IMG/VR virus record: IMGVR_UViG_3300044708_000034 | Location: 1-40,034 of that record | DNA length: 40,034 nt | Strand: one strand, 5' to 3' | From: a virus | Lineage: Duplodnaviria; Caudoviricetes | Shown: one piece after another, positions 36,271 to 40,034 of the stretch | Numbering within the stretch: position 1 is the stretch's first letter | Layout of the letters: the number at the start of each line of letters is the position of its first letter | Position numbers and translations under genes: made by a program | Notes under the pieces: generated by a model | The model's input: only the letters and a program-made list of their open reading frames with translations | What the model was told of the DNA's origin: nothing | Database searches by the model: none

Positions 36271-37037
36271 GCAACTGAGTCCTTGATATGGAATACACCA
36301 GTTGTGGCGGAAGGAATGCAAACCCCTTCCGTTGCCATGCGCTCAAGAACCCTTGCGGCGCGGTTGTATCCAATTCGCAAAAATCGTTGCAATGACGTTA
36401 TCGAAAGCTTGCCTTCTCTTTGAATAAGTACGCAGGCATCTCCATATACCGATTCGTCCGTGTCCTCTGACGACGCAATGACCACGCTTTCGCCGCCGAC
36501 ATTGACGCTTAGACTCGCGCCACCGGGAATGCTGTCGACGAGTCGCTGTGCTGGGATTTTGCCAGAATCGAACATGTCCTTTTGCTGCGCATCCTGGATG
36601 ACGAACGCAAGCAGGCAGTCGCGACCGATCAGCGGCTCAATGTCAGATGCTTCATCGCCTGCGATCTTCCAACTGATTTCTCCAGATAGCAGCGCGCTAT
36701 TTGTTCGAAGATCAAAGGTTGCGCCGCTCCAGTTGGCCTGCTTAAGCGTAATGCCTTCATCCGTTTCGGCTGTGCCTTTGATTCGTCCCGTCACCGTGCA
36801 TTCAAAGCGATGTGCAGTCATTGTCACGTTGATGTAGGGCACACCCTGTTCGTTGTATAACGATTGCTGCGACCACCCGCTTGGCATGCGCAGCAGTTCA
36901 TCCATTTCCTCACGAGTGATAATGATATTGCTGATCTTGAGGTTCGCGATCACTGCCTCCGTGTCATCTTCCAATTTCTCGCGCTTGATGTTGAGCGACT
37001 TGCCCAACTTACCAATGGTGTTCAGTGTGACGTGCAT
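36267..37037 (-). CDS. Protein with C-terminal FtsK gamma (winged-helix) domain
   Basis: SITSLQRFLRIGYNRAARVLERM..EG. Confidence 0.85.
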   Translation of the reverse strand: MHVTLNTIGKLGKSLNIKREKLEDDTEAVIANLKISNIIITREEMDELLRMPSGWSQQSLYNEQGVPYINVTMTAHRFECTVTGRIKGTAETDEGITLKQANWSGATFDLRTNSALLSGEISWKIAGDEASDIEPLIGRDCLLAFVIQDAQQKDMFDSGKIPAQRLVDSIPGGASLSVNVGGESVVIASSEDTDESVYGDACVLIQREGKLSITSLQRFLRIGYNRAARVLERMATEGVCIPSATTGVFHIKDSVA

Positions 37038-37071
37038 GATTGCCCCTATGTGTTGTAATTTACTGCCCAGC

Positions 37072-37242
37072 TTACGCAGCGCTTTTCGCTGCCAACCTCT
37101 TTGCTGTTGCGTGCTCTTTCACGCGGTCCTTGCACCAAGCCTGACGCCCATCGCTGGTAGCCTTGTTCTTATTGAACTGCTCGGTCGCGCGAACTAACTT
37201 GCACTTGCCGCATTGCTTCAAATCGACTTTCTGATCGCTCAT
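37072..37242 (-). CDS. Small degenerate zinc-finger protein
   Basis: KQCGKCK..F..NK..DG..WCKDR (fourth Cys absent); AGGAG SD. Confidence 0.65.
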   Translation of the reverse strand: MSDQKVDLKQCGKCKLVRATEQFNKNKATSDGRQAWCKDRVKEHATAKRLAAKSAA

Positions 37243-37472
37243 GTGGAACTCCTGCTGCGTTGATAAAAATCTTGCTGTTGACACCATGCCGTGTATTCGG
37301 CGAGCGTTTGCTTGAACACCAGTTCAAACCATCGTGACCAGGTAACGGTGACGCCGTTGAACTGACGCTTGCATGGCTCGTATCGATGCTGGAACGCATA
37401 GCGTGCCGCGCCGTATTTGATCTGCTCAGGGATTGGCAGATGGCGAACGTGCGCAAGCGGATCCGCGTTCAC
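37239..37472 (-). CDS. Hypothetical protein
   Basis: 4-nt start/stop overlaps at both ends. Confidence 0.65.
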   Translation of the reverse strand: MNADPLAHVRHLPIPEQIKYGAARYAFQHRYEPCKRQFNGVTVTWSRWFELVFKQTLAEYTAWCQQQDFYQRSRSST

Positions 37473-37756
37473 GAAAACAACTCCCTCTGCATCTGAGCCA
37501 AACCCAGCAACGCACGTGGCTTGTTGGTACCCGCTTCACGGATGTGGCCGAACTCTTGAAGCTTTCCTTTCTCGAGCAAACTGTTGACGCGACCACAAAC
37601 ACCAGACAGTGGCAACTTGGTGATGTCGGCAATACGCTGCCTGGTCAATCGCAAATTCTCATCGCCTCTGAATGCACTCATGACCTGCCGCTCCATGGGC
37701 TGCAGCTCGTTTTGAATTTCGCTGAATGTTTCGCGGCTGGTACGTGCGACGCTCAT
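37469..37756 (-). CDS. Small winged-helix protein
   Basis: LTRQRIADITKLPLSGVCGRVNSLLEKG. Confidence 0.75.
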   Translation of the reverse strand: MSVARTSRETFSEIQNELQPMERQVMSAFRGDENLRLTRQRIADITKLPLSGVCGRVNSLLEKGKLQEFGHIREAGTNKPRALLGLAQMQRELFS

Positions 37757-38739
37757 GCTGCTTGCTCCGCATAAGCTTCACGGAATTGTTTCTCGAGAAA
37801 TGGAAAGCTGTTTACATTGATTTGCCCAAGCGATGCATAGCCACCAATGGCACGCACGGCTTTGTCGATTTTTTCGCCGAGGGTGAATCCATCAGTTCGA
37901 TAGGCTCCGCGCTTGACTGCCTCGATCACTTTCGGCCAATGCTCACGCGCTTCCGATCGGCGTGTCTTCACTGGGTTTTTGATGTCCTGCAAAATTGGCG
38001 TGAGATAGTTCGCCGGGATGGCTTCTGGCTTCGGCTTGCTGATCCGTGCAATGCCGACTGACTCAATCACCTGCGATGGTGTGAATCCTTCCTTGATCCA
38101 TTGGTGCAGCGTCGGGTGTTGGCTGGTGATGTTCACACCCATTGCACGCAGATCGATTGCCAGTTGTGTAGCCACATCGATCTCTGGTTTCTGTGTTCCC
38201 GATTTTCCCTGCAAAGAATCAGCGGCGCCCTCTGTGTCTCTGGTCTGGTCTAGGTCTGGTCTGGTCTGGTCTAGGTCTGGTCTGGTCTGGTCTGGTAACG
38301 ATGATGCGTTACGTGGTGTAACGCTTGTGCGTTTCTCGTTCGTTCTGTGCTTAGCAACACGTTTCTGTGTAAGCGCCTTCTTTCTCGCTTCGACGCCGTT
38401 ATGCTCTTGATAATCCGGCAATTCCACCGTGCGTTCATCGATGACTATCAACCAGTCAGAGGGCATCAATTCGCAAAAACCATCAATGCCGATCCACTGG
38501 TTCAACTCGGTCATCGACATGTCGATGGTGTTGTCTTGTCGAGCATGTGAATCAGCAAAAATCCACAAGCGTGCAAGGGCGCCACACACCAGCGTTACAG
38601 TAGGTAACGCACATGCGTTACAACGATCAAGTTCAGCATCCGTTGCATACATATTGAAACGCTGGCCAAGCGATCGAGCCATTCGCAAGACGCGCGGATC
38701 TGTCTCGAGGTCTTTTTCAATCTTTATCCAGCCAGCCAT
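37753..38739 (-). CDS. Replication initiator (O-position protein)
   Basis: MAGWIKIEKDL.TDPRV..G.L.RLW..AD..DYQEHNG..RVAKHR, PDQTR linker, ANYL..IL. Confidence 0.8.
   Translation of the reverse strand: MAGWIKIEKDLETDPRVLRMARSLGQRFNMYATDAELDRCNACALPTVTLVCGALARLWIFADSHARQDNTIDMSMTELNQWIGIDGFCELMPSDWLIVIDERTVELPDYQEHNGVEARKKALTQKRVAKHRTNEKRTSVTPRNASSLPDQTRPDLDQTRPDLDQTRDTEGAADSLQGKSGTQKPEIDVATQLAIDLRAMGVNITSQHPTLHQWIKEGFTPSQVIESVGIARISKPKPEAIPANYLTPILQDIKNPVKTRRSEAREHWPKVIEAVKRGAYRTDGFTLGEKIDKAVRAIGGYASLGQINVNSFPFLEKQFREAYAEQAA
38239..38295. repeat. Pentamer array (9 TCTGG + 2 TCTAGG) inside the replication gene
   Basis: Read directly; encodes PDQTRPDLDQTRPDLDQTR. Confidence 0.9.
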
Positions 38740-39088
38740 CACGCCACCGCCTTTTGTTGCGATGTTCCTCGCCAGCACCCAGGGAGGGAGCACCCAACCC
38801 CGGGAGTGACGCTCTGGTGGTAGCGGAACACGCACCTGCAAGCACTCCGGTGTCCAACCTCGTCAGGTATGGGTAGGCTACTGACAGCACACTTGCTTGC
38901 AGACAATGTGCCAGGTATGACTTGTGCACTGGCATGCGGATGATCAGTCCGGATCCAGCTTGTGCCCCTTTTTGTATTCATAGTGCCAGCGCATTGGGTG
39001 CGCTTGCGTACAGAACAGACGACTGCAAAAGGTAAAATCGCAACGGGGTGGTGCTGCCTTATGCAATCTGAACGGGTTAAAAAAATAG

Positions 39089-39337
39089 TCATTTGCGCCC
39101 GCTCCGTGTGGCTCCATCATCTTCCGGCGTCTCCCAGTCAAACTCCGGCTGCATTCCGTTTGTCGCCATGCGTTTATCGACTACTCTTTTGGCATGTGCT
39201 TTTTTCTTCGCCCAATCAATCAATATTTCCCGAGCAATTGCGGATTTGTCTTTGCCAAAAGCAACGGCATCGCCTTCGAGAAACCAATCCACGCTCTCTG
39301 GAATGCCAAGTCGAAAATCTTTGAGTGGCGTTGCCAT
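39089..39337 (-). CDS. CII-position small DNA-binding protein (ribbon-helix-helix-like)
   Basis: LKDFRLGI strand, then helices KSAIAREIL..WA. Confidence 0.65.
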   Translation of the reverse strand: MATPLKDFRLGIPESVDWFLEGDAVAFGKDKSAIAREILIDWAKKKAHAKRVVDKRMATNGMQPEFDWETPEDDGATRSGRK

Positions 39338-39601
39338 AGTTCAGCGCACGCCTTGCGCGCGGCAGGCTGTTTCTTGGTTGGCTGCGGAAAACCGAATAAT
39401 TTTAGTAAGCCCCATGCTCATCAGCGTCCCCACACTTTGAGAAATTCATCACGCAATTTTTCACCCGCCGTATCACCCATATGGGTGAGTCATTTTGTTA
39501 ACGCAGTTATGTCAATAAAAACTTGTCAAACATTTCATCCCTCTTTCATTCTTGGCCGCGCATTTGTGCGGATAACAAAGGAAACAAGATATGAAGAAGA
39601 C

Positions 39602-39826
39602 TCAGGCGGTGTTGCGATTGGTGTTCAATCGGGATTCGCAACGCTCTTTATGCAAATCCACCAATTTGATTGCGACGCCTCCTTTAGGCTCGACTGTTCT
39701 CCCTGTTGCTATGTCCCCAACGGTCGAAACAGCTGCACCAACTGCCAGTGCGATTTCCGAAAGCTTCAATCCAGAGGATTGCAAATCTCGAATTTTGGAA
39801 GACCAAGCCGTGGGTGATATGCTCAT
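39602..39826 (-). CDS. cro: Cro-like HTH repressor
   Basis: GLKLSEIALAVGAAVSTVGDIATGRTVEP; divergent from cI. Confidence 0.85.
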   Translation of the reverse strand: MSISPTAWSSKIRDLQSSGLKLSEIALAVGAAVSTVGDIATGRTVEPKGGVAIKLVDLHKERCESRLNTNRNTA

Positions 39827-39834
39827 GGGCGGCG

Positions 39835-39863
39835 ATATTACGGTGCGGCGTAATTCTTGTCAA
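39835..39863 (-). promoter_or_regulatory. pR-like promoter
   Basis: TTGACA-17-TAATAT. Confidence 0.8.
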
Positions 39864-39876
39864 CGCCCCGCCGTAA
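39838..39876. promoter_or_regulatory. Two putative repressor operators
   Basis: TTACGGTGCGGCGTAA (39838-39853) and CAACGCCCCGCCGTAA (39861-39876). Confidence 0.65.
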
Positions 39877-39899
39877 CTGATTTGCGGCCTAATCAGCCC

Positions 39900-40034
39900 A
39901 TGGGCAAAAAAGAGAGCAATCTATCCACGCTCGGGGAACGGGTGCGGCACTGGCGATTAATTCGCAAGATGACTCAAGGCGAGCTCGCAACTGCTATAGG
40001 TGCTGGCGCCGCTTCAACTATTTCCGATCTGGAA
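39900..40034 (+). CDS. cI: CI-like repressor, N-terminal HTH (3' truncated; not in ORF track)
   Basis: MGKKESNLSTLGERVRHWRLIRKMTQGELATAIGAGAASTISDLE. Confidence 0.85.
   Translation, partial: MGKKESNLSTLGERVRHWRLIRKMTQGELATAIGAGAASTISDLE

Larger units (their letters stand above)
1..40034. mobile_element. Temperate siphophage genome, near complete, apparently in unintegrated (attP) configuration
   Basis: Integrase, cI/cro, replication, terminase, head, tail and lysis modules in lambdoid order; no host housekeeping genes. Confidence 0.95.

Noticed and set aside
38239-38295. Repeat array as CRISPR
   Set aside because: 5-6 bp tandem units without spacers; no cas genes
38760-38900. tRNA-like element upstream of the replication gene (minus strand ..GCAGGTGCGTGTTCCGCTACCACCA) and adjacent hairpin
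   Set aside because: No TTCGA loop and no consistent cloverleaf; at most a decayed remnant
38944-39141. Small ORF after the CII-position gene
   Set aside because: May be real, but the start is ambiguous and no motif supports it
39194-39817. 207-aa + strand ORF
   Set aside because: Antisense to cro and the CII-position gene, no recognisable motif

Overview
Most of a temperate, lambda-like siphophage genome, probably infecting a proteobacterium (inferred from the SSB and promoter style). Left arm (+ strand, 1-7.3 kb): a complete diversity-generating retroelement (DUF1566/CLec-type target with VR, avd, TR, RT), ssb, an ASCH-like gene, a C5 DNA methyltransferase apparently encoded in two overlapping frames, and a large serine integrase. 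The integrase 3' end contains an intact attP-like site matching a tRNA-Glu 3' end, so the window looks like the excised or virion form. Right arm (- strand, 39.8 to 7.3 kb): cro, a CII-position gene, a replication initiator with origin-like repeats, nin-like genes (FtsK-gamma, VRR-NUC), a Q-like regulator and late promoter, terS/terL, portal, gpF-like protein, a five-gene fibre-like insert, protease/scaffold, capsid, connectors, tail tube, chaperones, tape measure, GTA-like baseplate and lysis genes. A divergent cI starts at 39900. Best leads: a DGR that diversifies an early, non-tail protein; attP inside the integrase gene; the dual-frame MTase; a candidate -1 frameshift fusing portal and gpF. 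Product calls come from motif recognition by eye; no database search was run.
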